Positions 39,835 through 53,685 of a stretch of 64,000 bases of DNA are shown here, piece after piece. Under the pieces are notes generated by a model, which was not told where the DNA came from, made no database searches, and worked only from the letters and a program-made list of their open reading frames with translations. The stretch comes from Ginglymostoma cirratum. Lineage: Eukaryota. The stretch lies in the NCBI GenBank assembly GCA_024137785.1, contig JAHRHZ010000085.1, forward strand, positions 9,799,548 through 9,863,547, in the 5' to 3' direction. Numbering within the stretch: the first letter of the stretch is position 1; the number at the start of each line of letters is the position of its first letter. Made by a program: the position numbers and the translations under genes.

Positions 39835-42800
39835 TATAAAGAAACCCAGTTTCAGCTGCACAATCAAAAGATCTTGGAAACTGTTCTTTCCAGTAATGAA
39901 TTAATGCAAACATATAAAATTGACGCATGTAAGGATTATCGATTGGACATAACTAGGTTTAAATAATAGATGTGAAATAGGTCATATAACTGGCTGATTT
40001 GAATCAAAAAATCAATTTTGTATTGCCAATATGGCACTAACGTGAGGCAATAGCCGAACAATATGCTCTGCAAAGTAAACACCCCGTCAGCATCTTACTT
40101 TCCAATATTGTTCATGCTTGGTGGTAGCGCGACTTTATGAGGCTATTGGATTCTATTCAAGCCCCGATATCTTTTTTTTGATAACCCCACGACCAAGATA
40201 TCCATTTCATGATCGAACTCGCACACTCTGCAAGCATCATCAGCAATAGAGATGAATGGGCAATGTGCGAGTAAGATCCAAGATATTTTAGGCTGCTAAG
40301 AAAATTATAAATATGCTTCTAGATTTCGTAGCAATTAAATTGGACTCCTCAAATCTGCCTCCCAAATCTGCTGCATTGCAATCAAAACAACCCATAATCT
40401 ACCTTCCTAAACATCAGAGACAAAAACAGAAGTTTCTGGAAAAGCTCAGCAGGTCTGGAAGCATCAATGAAGAAAAAATCCGAGTTAATGTTAAGGGATC
40501 GGTGACCCTTCCTTGGAACTGATAATAGCTAAGAAAATGTCTGTTTATATACAGATGTTAGGTTGGGCAAAGGGAGGAAAGAGTAGAAGTTAGTTGGGAG
40601 TAAAGTCTGAAGAGGCAGAACAACAGTTGGACAGAAAAGGGAGTTCATAACGATCTGGCTGGGGGGATGAATAGCTGTTAATGGAGACTGTATATAGCTA
40701 AGAATAAGTAGTGCGTAATGGCAGGCTATATGATAACAAGGCCTGGTGGGTGGAGTAGGGTCTAGAACATGGGAGAGGTCAGACCCTCAAATTACTGAAC
40801 TCGCAATGAACAAGAAAAAATATTGGAATGGAAATCCCGTCAGAGAGAGCTGTAGAACGTATTCAAGGTCAGCATGCCTAGAAGAGATATGGCCATGATT
40901 TAAATACAAAAAAAAACTGACAGAAATGCAGGTGCTGTATATTGGCAACAGAAACAGAAGTTTCTGGAAAAGTTCAGCAGTTCTGGCAGCATCTGTGAAG
41001 AAAATCAGAGTTAATGTTCCAGGTCCGGTGACCCTTCCTCAGAACTGATGATAACTCGGAGAATGTTGCTTAATATCGATACGATAGGTTGGGGGAATGC
41101 ATGAGAAGTAAACAATAGGTAGGGTAGAGCCCAAAGAGAGAGAAGAACAGTTGGAGAGACAAAGGAGTTGATAACGATCTGGCTAGGAGCGTGAATACCT
41201 GTTAATGGACGCTGTTAGTTGCTCACAATAAGTAATGTGTATTGGCAGGCTATGTGATAACAAAGCATTGCATATGGGTTAGCGGACTAGGACATGAGAC
41301 AGTTCAGGTCATAAAATTATTGAAAAAGGGAAAAAAGATTGGAATGGAAAGTTGGTCGGGGAGAGGAGCAGAACGTTTTCAAGGTGGGCCTGCCTAGAAC
41401 AGATGAGGCAGTGACTTTAATCAAACACAAATACTGAAAGAACTGCAGAAGCTATAAATCAGGAAAGAAACAGACAATACTGTCAAAGCTAAGCAGATCT
41501 GATGGGTGTATGGAGTAAATGATAGGTGGGAATAGAGCACCAAATAGAGAAGAACAAATGGACAGACAAAGGAGTTAATACCGATCTGGCAAGGAGGGTA
41601 AATAGCTGTTAATGGCGACTGTTAATGGATAACAATAGTTGGTGTGTAATGACAGTCTATGTGATAACAATGGCTGGTATGTGGGGTGTTGTCTAGGTTA
41701 TGGGAGAGAACAGGACGTAAAATTATTAAATGTGTGGTGGATGAGAAAAAGCAATTGGAATGGAAATCCTGTAGGAGAGAGGAGCAGAGCGTCTTCAAGG
41801 TAGGTATGCATAGAAGACTATGCCACTGAGTTAAATACTAACTAAAACGATGAAGAACTGCGGATGCTGTAAATCCAGAACAAAAACAGAAGTTGCTGGA
41901 AAAGTTCAGCAGGTCTGGCAGCATTTGTGAAGAAAAATCAGAGTTAAGGTTTTGGGTGCTATGGCCCTTCCTCAGAACTGATGGTAGACTGGAAAATGTC
42001 AGTTTATATGAAGACGATAATGTGGAGAGAGGAAACAAGAATAAACGATAGGTGGGGATAGTGCTCAAAGAGAAATAAAAACAGTTGGACAGGCAATGGC
42101 TAACATTAAGCGTTTTGTACTGGCATGGTAGGTGATAACTAGGTCTGTTGTGTGTCGTAATGGGGTAAGACATGGAAGAGTTTGGAGACTAAAATTATTG
42201 AACTCGTGTGGACAAGAAAAAAAAATGGAATGGAAATCCCGTCTGAGAGAAGAGCAGAAATTCTACAAGGTGGGCATACCGAGAAGAGGTGTGGCAGTGA
42301 ATTAAATACTAAATAAAAAACGAGAAAGAACTGTGGATGCTGTGGATGCATCATCCTGAGACAGGAGATTCCTACATCCCATGGGCAAAAGGCAGCCATT
42401 TTACACTCGAATTTTGGAGGAGTCACTGCGAACCCTTCAATAAGAGTAGTTTTCAACTGGCTTGGGGGAAGTGCAAGAGGGAAAAAATGGTTTTCCTGTG
42501 AAGGAGTACGGTCGCATTTGAATGCCTGAGTAGCGCTGTTACATTAAAAATGTGGCCATGCTAATCCATGATCTTATTTATTTTTCTCTTCCTTTGGTTA
42601 AACTTTCAAATTGTTCCACGACACGCATCAAAGTCTGACACCGTCTGAGCTTAGCGGCGATGGTTCCAATTAAATATCCCTTCAAATATGTCAGGCTGAC
42701 TACACCACAATGCCTATGGATTGGAACCATGTCTTTTTCCCCCTTTGTTGCCATTACGATATTAAAGGTTTTGTCCATTTATGTAAAAACATAAGCCAAT

Positions 42801-43200
42801 TTCAAACATTTGATATAATACAGAGCTTATGTTGTTTTGTGTGAAAGTTATGTTCAGACATATCTTCAGTGTCTACATAGATTTTAAGGTTGATTATGCA
42901 AGATACACTGATTAAAACTTGTCAAATACAAATGATCACAAACATTTCCACGTCTGTGGTGAAGGTTTAAGATTATAGGGTTTTCACGTGATAAGCTCTC
43001 CCTAAAGAGTGGTCCAAATGTTGAGGGTCTCTAATATTTGTCACCTCATGAAGGGGTATTATTGGCAGTTGTGCATCTCTAAACAAAATCTTAGCAGATT
43101 CTGAGCATCATGGGTTATGGCGGTATAAGTCACGGAATCAGGTGATATTGTCATCTCAGGGCATAGCTCACCTCAGCTTCCCCTTTTGCTCAAGCACCAT
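39835..43200 (+). repeat. Diverged segmental duplicate of the gene A-gene B intergenic region (about 16555-19260)
   Basis: Shared blocks ttcatgatcgaact (16928/40206), gggcaatgtgcgagtaa (16989/40258), gagcttagc.gcgatggttccaattaaatatc (18690/42647), atttgtcacctcatgaaggggtattattg (19092/43036). Confidence 0.85.
40410..42345 (-). repeat. Tandem array of about 4 diverged units (about 420-520 bp) of a Penelope-type terminal repeat
   Basis: Recurring gaactgcggatgctg...ctggaaaagctcagcaggtctggcagcatc...cttcctcagaactgat...ggaatggaaatcc with unit starts near 40410, 40915, 41432, 41845 and 42318 (partial). Hammerhead cores are degenerate. Confidence 0.8.
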
Positions 43201-43789
43201 AGTGAAATACTTGCCAGGGAGCAGCGAGCTGTCCAATTTATGGCTTGTTAAATGGTTTGTTAATAAGTCAACTCCCACAACCAAATCCATTTTGCAATCT
43301 AGCTCCCCGGAAAATCGATGTTGGAAACGCAGCAGCTTCTTGTTGAGTATAACCAGTTGCTGGCTGTCAATGAATTCCAGGTTGGGCATTCAGCATGATC
43401 ATCGTTGGCAACGGTCCATGGACACCAGCTCAATCACCTCACATCCACAGACAGTGTAACGGAAAGAACGCTGATTATGGTTGGGACGGCTCAGGAGGCA
43501 ACTAAAGCGACGAGTTTGGTAAGATATGATGAAAAAAGAACCTCACTTTGCCTAGCAGGAACAATTACTCGTCCGAACTTAACACTACTCGCACGTAGGC
43601 AGAAAAGGCAAGATTCTATCCACTGTTTAATTCACTGCATTCATACATGGAAGGAATATTGAATGGTAAATCGAACTTAAAATGCATTTCTAATTTATTT
43701 TCACATTCCTTACCATTCTCCCCGATCTATTTGGTCTGTTTGACCAACCTGCTATGTTATTTGTGAATTCTGCATTAAGAATATACATA

Positions 43790-46700
43790 CTAATATCATG
43801 CCTGCTCAATATACTGCCTTGCTATTGCATTGCAGTGATTCTCAGTTGATATTTGTATCCTTTAACCATGGATCTGCTTAGGTTATGCCATGTAACACAA
43901 TAGTTTGTCCAAGAAGGAGCATGATATTCTGTACTCTCTTGTGTTCTTTACATAAGGCTCGAGAGTATGGCTGTATATTATGGATTATGCGTTGTGATTA
44001 CCAGAACAACACTTCTAAAAAATTTCGATGAGAATTCATTTGCAAATTTAAAACAAAATTGCGTTTTTCGAAAGACAGCCCAAATGGCCAATGGAAAAGG
44101 TTCACAAAATGGGCAATGGCTACTTTCAAAATCATGACTTCCCTTGCAGGTACAAGCAATTGTCAAGCACCTCATCAAAGAGGTATTTGGCCCTGCATAC
44201 ACAGCACTCAGTCTGACACTGATATCGAGCAGTCTTCACGCAAATGATGTGTTTCAGAAATCATAGGAATGGCAATCCTGAATAATAATCCTGCTCATTT
44301 CTCTTGCATCTGCCCACAGGTGTTGAGACCAATGTCAGTTTTATTCAAGCCAAAGATGGAATGGCACGCTTTTATCCCTACCGCCCAATGATATAGACAT
44401 TATTTTAATAGTCCTAACATGCAACAAGGAAGGTTTACAAAACCATTTGTTGATTTCTGCAGTTGAAAGGTAGTGGTGGTGTTGGTGGAGATTAACAAGA
44501 ACGATTCTCATTTATTTGATCAAAGCAAGAGAGGAGATTTCAGCAGAACAAAAACATTCATTCTCGGTTCCGACTTCTTGTATGTTTCATTTTCCAAATC
44601 ACATTTCTATTGAGTTAATTGATCCACATCAAGAACATTAACATTTCTCAGGAGATAACAAGCATGGGGCTGGATGAACACAGCAGGCCAAGCAGCATCA
44701 CAGGAGCAGGAAAACTTGACGTTTCGGGCCTAAACCTTTCATCAGAAACATTTCTCAGGAGTCCTGTTTCTTACTACATTCACCTGAACTGAGCCAAGGT
44801 TTGGTAAGAATGGGACAGGATCAGTGACAACAAATTTGATAGGAGCTTTGTTGAGTTAAGTGCCTGATTACGAAGAGAATAAAATGTGAAAACATATGTA
44901 GCAGGCAATTAAAATACGGTTTCATGTTGGAAATAATATGGCAAAGCTAATGCATGAATACTTCACACAGCAAAAGAATGTGTGTAAGCCTTTTGATGCC
45001 TGTAGAAATGAAAACATTGTACATTGACCACTTCAGCCAAATGTAATTTCGTCTTCAATTTGCTTTTGGCTTTGATCCGATGTATTTGCAACCAAGATGT
45101 AGCGCTCCTGGATCTTCTCCATGAAGTTGACTGACAACCAAATGCAACAGTTTTCCTTTACAGAGTACAGACAAATATGGTGGCATTAGGTTAGAAATGG
45201 GATCACATATATCGTGATGGTGGGTAAACCGTTAATTCACCTTTAGTTTATTAGTCAGTCTCTTTGGTGGTTATAGCAATGTAATTTTTACTGCAACTCA
45301 ACAACCTCATTGTCAGCTATACCACAAGTATATATTTCCACGTCTTGTCATGTTCATGAAATCTCACTGTTGCACTGTTGTTTGGCCTGCGTGCATTGTA
45401 GGTTGTTCATCTTTTTTCTAACTTTAGGAGATAAGTAGAAGGACCAGAGAAACTGAAAATATAATTGATTTGACTATAAAAGTTACATATAGAAATTAAA
45501 GGATTATTCTGCTACTTAAGTGAGAATAGGTTAAGAGAAGCAAGCAGTTAGCAAGCATTTTAAAAGTATTTTTAAATTATCTATTACATACAGAAATAGC
45601 AGGACTGCTGTGACCCATGGAGTACACATTCTATTCTATGTTGGAATTCTAGCATTTTTCCTGGATATGCAATTTGCTTGCATTGATTCCTCAGTTAATT
45701 ATTACATTCCTTAACCGTGGGTCTGTTTTAGCCCAATCATGTAATGCAATTGATTGTCCATGAATGAGCACGTTATTTTGAACTCACTTGTGTCATTTGT
45801 GCGAGGTTTGGAAATATGATTGCATATCATGAATTATAATTACCAGAACAATGCCTTCACAGAAATGCTGAATGAGAGCTTATGTCAAAGGAGAAAACAT
45901 TCGTGAGTGTATGAAAAACAGCGCAAGCATCCAATGGCAGAGATTCACAGAAATGAGCAATGTTCACATTCAAAATCTGACATGTTCTAGGACTTGGGCT
46001 GCAAGCCAGCGTTAACATCAATATCAACACCTGCCCTCTGTGTGGTTTGTAGGATTATATAGTGTTTATAGGATTTCTTTGCTTTACAGTCTCAAACATG
46101 CAATCAATGGATACACGTGTACAGTGGAATGCTCAAAGATAAGAACCAGAATAGTCCATTCCATCCCTGAAAAATACACTGACATTCGGTTAGATCATTC
46201 TTGATTATACCCCAATTCTAATTGGATGACACAATTTTACACCCTTAACGTTGATAATGAAAAAAAAAACACAAAATCTGCTCCGACTCAATTTTCAGTC
46301 ATTTGGTGTTAAAAGTTATGCATTAGAAACTGCAAACAGTGAATTGAAATGCAAGCTGCTTCATGAAATATTCACGGCTGTAGCAGGAGATTTCTATTCT
46401 GAGTTCGTATTGTGTCACTTGATTGCGGTGCATTGAAATAAATCAATATTTCATAAGAACATTCTATCTAGCAGATAGTATAGTAATTCGAATTTTATCA
46501 TCTTATTAGGGAGGAAGATAGGCATCTTCTCATTTAGTTTGCTTAATCTCAAATTCTCATATTAATCTCATATTGCTTAATCTTAAACCAGGGTATAAAT
46601 AGTTGTCAAGTTTGTCTATCTTGCCTCACTAATGATTGCAATTGCAGCAAAAAAGAGAACCAATGAATGTTGCAAATCGAAGTCGATCAAAACCCCATCA

Positions 46701-48830
46701 ATGTGAGGTGAGTTCGCTATCATCAGTTTTTTTTCTAGTGATAAATCTCAAACCTAATTTATCACACACAGTCGAAATACTCCTTTCCCTGAAACAATGA
46801 GACTTACCACACACAGTCAACAACGACCCACTTCCAGCTCCAGTGATGATTTTCTGATGCTTTATTTAACAATAATACATTCCTGAGTCTGCAGCAGTGA
46901 CATTGAGAAAATGAAGTGAGCTCCTTCCTTCCTATACATGAAATAGCTGTCTTTTGCTGGGTTTCAGAAATGATTCTGCATCGCGTCTCCACCAAAATAC
47001 TTCAGGAGCATTTTCAAATGTGAGAAATGTGCAGAACATGGAAACATTAGCACCTCTGATGGTCTTCAAGTGTTTGGGAAAATGATATACTTTGCCTGAT
47101 GTTACTTAAGTGGCTGCCAGAAAAAAAAAGCAAAGCAGTGATAAAAGTTGCATACCTCGGAGAAAGTACTGTATGACACGAAAAAAAAAATGCAAAAAAG
47201 ACAATGAAGAAGCGTGCACATCTAATTGGAGAGTATACAATCCTGCAGTGAATTACAGATGAAATTCATATGAAATAAAAATATCGGATTTAAGCTTTTC
47301 TGATGAGCAGCAAATAAATTTTAATGTTACCTGACAATACTATAATCAGAACAAACTTGAGTTGATTTACAGTTCTCACCGGCATGTTGTAGCATTAAAT
47401 AAAGTTAATTATCAACTTCCTTAAAATCGAGTGGCACGCTCTAAATGGTTGGTTTGAGAAATGAATTGCGTAGATAAGTATAGGAAGTGTGTGGCCAAGG
47501 CATATAATCTATCCTGGGATCCTGAGCATTGTGGAAGTAGATTGTTCCCTTCTGTTGCTCCCTGAGAAGCTTTTTGTCTGAAATGAAATTCTTTTTACCA
47601 GTTCATGTGGCACTTTGTTGCAACAATCTTCTCTATTGACACAGAGCATTGAATATTGTCTCAATGGTGAAAGTGTCATCTCTGTTTGCAGGTATGGGCA
47701 GCTGTCAAAGGGATATTTGGCCCTGGGTACTCAGCGCTCTGTGTGACCCTGATATTGAACAGTGTTCCTGCACAATTTATTTCAGAAATCGTAAGATAAC
47801 AATTATATTCAGAATCGTGTTCGTTTTAAGCACACAATTCACTGCTATAGGCACTATGCTAAAAGTCCTGATGCAAAACAAGCAAGTTTTACAGAACTGT
47901 TTGTTGATACCTGCAGACAAAACTGCAGTTGAAAGCTAACGAGTTTAATCTTTATTTAGTTGATTGCAACAGGGAAGCTGATTTCAACAGAATAAAAAAC
48001 ATTCATTTTGGCACCATCATGCAGCATGTTTTATTTCTCCAACTTCCTTTGCTGAGTGCAAATTGATCCTTATCAGAATTCTAACATTATTCAGAAGCCT
48101 TCCTTCTAACCACATCCATCTGAACTTACTAAAATTTTGGTAAGAGCAGGGCTAGTGTCAGGGACGTCAAATGTGATAGCAGTTTAGTTGAGTTAAGTGA
48201 AGAGAATAAAAATATACAATTCTTAACTCATATCTGAAGTACGCAAGTGAAACCCAGTTTCCCGTATAAAACAGTACACAAGACTTTCCTGCTCAATCTT
48301 TCCCATCGCCTGAGACGTGGTGACATACAGGTTGAAACCACCACCAGTCCACTATCTCTTATGAGAAAGCAGCCCTATGGTAAGGCTATGCAACTTAACC
48401 TCTTACCAAATATGGCAAATTTAATTAATGAATGCTTTAGACAGCAGAAGAGTAATTGCAGGCTAGTTTAATACATGTACAAATTAACAGATTGTAAATT
48501 GAACACTTTCAGCAAACATATCTTTAGTTTGCTGGTGGTTTTTGAGTCAATCGATTTGCCACCAAATCCTTGAAGTTTACTGACTACAGAATGCATCACT
48601 TTTCTTCTTCACAATACGTGCCACATTCAACAATTTTCGGTTAGCACTGGGGCCACATACAGACCAGATGGGAGGTGAGCCGTTTGTTTAATTGTTACTT
48701 TATTCTTGAGTAGCTACAACGATTGAAATAATCCTTTTTTTTTTAAAATAACATTTCAACAGCTGCCGTGTCAGGTTAACAGTGAGCAAATATTTTCATG
48801 TCTTGTCATGTTCACAAAATGAATCATCAG
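43790..48830 (+). repeat. Old tandem duplication of non-coding sequence (43790-45360 versus 45660-45980 plus 47680-48830)
   Basis: Paired blocks tatttggccctg...tgatat (44185/47714), tgtcttgtcatgttca-like (45341/48799), ttaccagaacaa (43999/45840). Confidence 0.75.
44655..44746 (-). mobile_element. Short Penelope terminal-repeat insertion with hammerhead core, flanked by a 15-bp direct repeat
   Basis: aacatttctcaggag at 44640-44654 and 44747-44761. The paralogous site near 48083 lacks the insert. Confidence 0.8.
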
Positions 48831-50664
48831 TTTTTGCAAATCACGCTTCATGCTTCTTTTTAAAAATGTTTTTGAACTAATTTCAAATTCTGATTTCCAC
48901 TTCATCCAGTGGCATATCTTACTCAAACACACGTCGGATCATTTTTCGTTCAGAAAACAACAGGTCAGTGTTTTGACAATTTCACAGTCTCAGCAGTGAG
49001 CCTGTGAGTTAAATTACTCTTGTGAAAATATATAATGGAGGATTCATCATATATATCATTTTAAGAGTGTCTAAGATTTCATTTTATGCCGATGTAGATC
49101 CATTCACCATTGATACTGTGCTGAATGGTGTTGGAAGCAGACGAAGCATCTGGGACATTGTCGCCTCCACATCAAGCATGTTTGCCCAGTGGAATTTGCA
49201 GCTCTTACATCCTACAACGAGCAGATAGGAAGGATTAAAAAATTTATTCTGCTTGTTGTGCACATCAAGTCCAGGGACAGGATTCAAACCAAAATAAAAA
49301 TGCAGCCATTCACAAGACATCCCAAATTCTCCCGGAGGAGGGCAGCAGAGTGGTGATGCTAATTACTGACGTGGGGAAGATTTTCTTTGGTGAAGTCATA
49401 GGCAGTAGTTTTAGAGATGTGGTGACACCAAAGGTACAAGCAGATAGTTGAGTGACCGCTAGAAGGGGCAGGCAGCCAGTGCAGGAATTCCCTGTGGTCG
49501 TCCACTTCTCTAACAAGTATATCATTTTGGATACTGTTGGGGGGAGGCGAATGACCTATTAGGGGATAGCAGCAGCAGCTGTTAGACCGGTGGCATGCCA
49601 GCTGTTCTTAAGTAGGGAAGGCACCAGAGCAGTAGTTATAGGGGACTGTATAGTTAGGGGTACAGATAGGCGCTTCTGTGGGCGTAAAAGAGACTCCAAG
49701 ATGGTATATTGTCTCCCTGGTGTCAGGGTCCAGGGTGTCTCTGAACAGGCAGAAAGCATTCTGAAGGGAGAAGGTGAACAGTCAGAGGTTGTGCTGCATA
49801 TTGGTACTAATGACATAGTTAGGATGAGTGACGAGGTCCTGCAGCAGCAGTTCAGGGAGTTAGGTAGAAAGTTAAAAAGCAAGACCTCAAAGGTCGTAAT
49901 CTCAGGATTATTCCCTGTACCAAGTGTCAGTCAGGCTAGAATTATGAAGATAGTACAGCTCAATACATGGCTAACACATGGTATAGGAGGGAGGGTTTCA
50001 GATATCTGAACCACTGGGATCTCTTCTGGGGCAGCTGGGACCTGTACAAGAAAGATGGGTTGTATCTAAACTGGAGGAGCACAAAAGTCTGGCAGGGAGC
50101 TTTGCTGGTGTCACTCAGGAGGATTTCAAGTAGCTTAGCAGTGGGTGGGAAACTAAGCAAAGATGAATTGACTGAAAGGGAACTAGAGATTAGTCCAGTA
50201 AGACCCAGAGGAAAAACATGCAGGGTGCGGTTGCTTATCGAAGCAGGTTTGGTGGACTGAAGCGAGCCTATTTCAATTCAAGAAGTGAAACAGGCAAGGT
50301 AGATGAGTTTAGAGCTCGGATTAGCACTTGGAATTATGATATTGTTATCAATACAGAGACTTGGCCAAGGCAGGAACAGGAATGGTAGCTTAACATTCCA
50401 GGATACAAATGTTTCAGTTGGGTTAGAGGGGGATGTAAAAGGGGTGGGGGAGTTGCACGACTTGTTCTGGAGAATATCACAGCTGTACTGCGGGAGGACT
50501 CCTCGGACGGCTCATACAGCAAGCCAATATGGGTAGAGGTCAGGAACAGGAAGGGTGCAATCACAATGTTTGGGGTTTACTATAGGCCTCCCAACAGCCA
50601 GCAGGAGATAGAAGAACAGATATGTAGGCAGATTCTGGCAAGACGTAAAAGTAACAGGGTTATT

Positions 50665-50881
50665 GTTGTGAATAAAAACTGAAAGACCTGCGGATGCTGT
50701 AAATCAGGAACAAAAACAAAGTTGCTGGAGAAGCTCAGTAGGCCTAGCAGCATCTGTGAAGGAAAAAGAAACAGAGTTAAAGTTTCAGGTCTGGTGACCT
50801 TTCCGAAATGTTAACTCCGTTTTTCCCTTCACAGATGCTGCCAGACCTGCTGAGCTTCTCCAGCAACTTTATTTTTGCTCA
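50665..50881. mobile_element. Fold-back (inverted) Penelope-type short insertion nested in the CR1
   Basis: aaagttgctggagaagctcag...cagagttaa is followed by its reverse complement. Flanked by agggttatt at 50656-50664 and 50882-50890. Confidence 0.8.
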
Positions 50882-52402
50882 AGGGTTATTCTAGTGGGTG
50901 ATTTTAACTCGCCATATATTGACTGGGACTGACTTCGTGCTTGGGGTGCGGGTGGGGAAAGAATTTGTAAGGAGAATCCACAAGGGCGTCTTGAAACAGT
51001 ATGTAGATAGCACAAATAGGAAAGTGACAGTAATGGACATGGTATTGAGGAATGAGCCAAGATAGGTGGTTGACATCTCAGTGGGGGAGCATCTCAGGAA
51101 CAGTGATCACAATTTAGTAAGCTTTAAGGCACTAATGGATAAAAATAAGGGTAGTTGTCAGATGAAGATACTAAATTGGAGGAAGACTAATTACAACAAT
51201 ATTAGGCTGGACCTGGAGAATATAGATTGGAAGCAGATGTTTGAGGCTAAATCAACATCTGGAATGTGGGAGACTTCCAAGTGTAAGTTGATAGGAACCC
51301 AGGATTGATACTAATTTCTTGTAAGGATGAATGATAAATATGGCAAGTTTAGGGAATCTTGGATATCGAGAAATATTGTGAGTCTAGTCAAAAAGAAAAA
51401 GGAAACATTTGTCAAGGCTAGGAGGCTGGGAACACATGAAGCAAGGGTGGAAGACAAGAAAAATCGAAAGAATCTTAAGAAAGGTGTCAGGAGGGCTAAA
51501 AAGGGCCATGAAAAGTCATTGGCCAACAGGATTAAGGAAAGTCCCAAAGCTTTTTATACATATATAAAAAGCAAGAGGTACACAGGCGGAGGGTTGGCCC
51601 ACTCAATGACAGGGAAGATAATTTATGTGTGGAGCCAGAGGAAATGGGCAGGGTATGAAATGATTAATTTGCATCAGTATTCATCAAAGAGAAGGACTTT
51701 GTGGATGATGAGTCTGCAGAAGGATGTGTAGATAGTTTGGGTCATGCTGAGTTCAAAAGGGAAGGGGTATTGGGGGTGTTGAAAAACATTAAGTTAGACA
51801 AGTCCGCAGAGCCTAATGGGATATGCCCCAGAATACTGAGAGGGGCAAGGGAGGGAATTGCTGTGGCCTTCAGAGAAATCTTTGTATCCTCACTGGCTAT
51901 AGGAGAGGTCCCAGAGGATTGGACAATAGCCAATGTTGTTCCTTTATTTAAGAAGGGTGGCAGGCATAATCCAGCTGATTACAGGCTGGTGAGCCTTATG
52001 TCACTGGTAGGGAAATTATTGGCGAGGATTCTTTGAAACACAATTTAGTCCCACTTGGAAATACGTGGGTGTATTAGCGAGAGGCAACATGGTTTTGTGA
52101 AGGGATGGTAGCGTCTCATTAACCTGATTGAGCATTTTGAGGAAGTGACGAAAATGATTGATGAGGAAAGGGCGGTAGATGTTGTCTACATGGATTTCAG
52201 TATGCCTTTGACAAGTTTCTTCATGGCAGACAGATACAGAAGGTAAAGTCGCCTGGGGTCAGACGTGAGCTTGCAAGATGGATTAAAAAAACTGGCTTGG
52301 TCAGAGAAGACAGAGAATAGCAGTGGAAGGGTACATTTCTGAACGTAGAGCTGTGACTAGTGGCGTTATTCAGGGATCAGTGTTGGGGACCTTTGCTATT
52401 TG

Positions 52403-52482
52403 TAATATTATATATATGTGTGTATGTATATATATATATTATATATAATATGTATATATATAATATATATGTTATATATATA
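52403..52482. repeat. Imperfect (TA)n microsatellite
   Basis: tatatatatgtgtgtatgtatatatatatatt... Confidence 0.9.
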
Positions 52483-52507
52483 TCTCTAAATGATTTGGAG
52501 GAAAATG

Positions 52508-52868
52508 TGAGATAACAAGGTGTAGAGCTGGTTGAACACAGCAGGCCAGGCAGCATCAGAGGAGCAGGGAAGCTGATGTTTCGGGTCTGGACCCTTCTTC
52601 GGAAATGAGGGAGGGGAAGGGGTCTCTGAAATAAATAGAGAAGTGGGCGAGGCGGATGGAAAGTGGATAAAGGAGCAGATAGGTGGAGAGGAGACGGACA
52701 GGTCAAGGAGGCAGGAATGGAGCCAGTCAAGGTGCGTGTAGGTGGGGACTTAGGTTGAGTGTTGGTCAGTCAAGGGAAGACGGACACGTCAAGGAGGCGG
52801 GGATGAGGCTGATAGGTAGGAGGTGGGGGTGGTGGTTGGTCAGTGAGGTGGGAGGAGCGGATAGGTAC
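52508..52868 (-). mobile_element. Penelope terminal-repeat fragment
   Basis: Reverse complement resembles 5830-5970 and 27330-27530. Confidence 0.8.
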
Positions 52869-53392
52869 AGCAGTCTCCAGGTGAGTCAATGAATTGAAAA
52901 TCATCTGTACGAAAAAGTCCACCTGGACATACCGTCACTCATAAGCATAGGTTTCCACATAGAGCTGATTACATACCCCTGCAAGGGATTCAGTCCTCTT
53001 GCAGATGTTGGTGGTATTTCCACTTCACTGGCCCCATCCTAGCATTAACCCATATTTTCATGTCTTCCATCTGAAGTGTTCATAACTTATTTGAAGTATC
53101 ATTGATGCAGATTATTTGAAGAGTGGCATTGCACTGAGATCATTGATCTAATTCTTGACCATAACAATAAAAACACTCTACCTCTCTCAGAGGACTCCCC
53201 AACAGGGCTCTTTAAAGTTCGGTAGTAATTACTATTAATCAGCCTGTGCAGCCATGTTATCACACTACTCGCTGACTGATGGGACGTGAACCCAGGTTTT
53301 ATGGTTCACAGGAAGGGACCCTAGCATAACACAACAAGCTATTGAATGTGTGTATGCATATTGTGAAATGCCTCTGTAGAAGGGCAGACTTT

Positions 53393-53685
53393 AGGGCGGC
53401 ACAGTGGCTCAGTGGTTAGCACTGCAGCCTCCCAGCAGCTGGGACCTGGGTTCGATTCCCACCCCAGGTGACTGGCTGTGCAGAGTTTTCACATTGTCCC
53501 CGTGTCTGTGTGGGTTTCCTCCCACAGTCCAAAGATGTGCAGGCTAAGTGGATTGGCCATGCTAAATTGCCCATAGTGTTCAGGGGTGTGAGGGTTATAG
53601 GGGGAATGGGTCTGGTTGGGATGCTCCAAGGGTCAGTGTGGACTTGTTGGGCTGAAGGGCCTGTTCCCACACTGTAGGGATTCTA
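53393..53685 (+). mobile_element. tRNA-derived V-SINE (HE1-like)
   Basis: gggcggcacagtggctcagtggttagcactgc...ggttcgattcc...gggctgaagggcctgttcccacactgtagggattct. Confidence 0.88.

Larger units (their letters stand above)
49320..52505 (+). mobile_element. CR1-clade LINE (HER1-like): ORF1 SGNH esterase plus ORF2 endonuclease/RT, degenerate and 3'-truncated
   Basis: ORF1 RAVVIGDCIVRG...VLHIGTND...DGLYLN. ORF2 SDHNLVSF, KSAEPNGICPRIL, PEDWTIANVVPLFKKG...YRLVSLMSLVGKLL, QHGF, and QGSVLG at about 52370. Confidence 0.9.

Noticed and set aside
53393-53465. tRNA gene
   Set aside because: It is the tRNA-derived head of a SINE and continues into the SINE body and tail.
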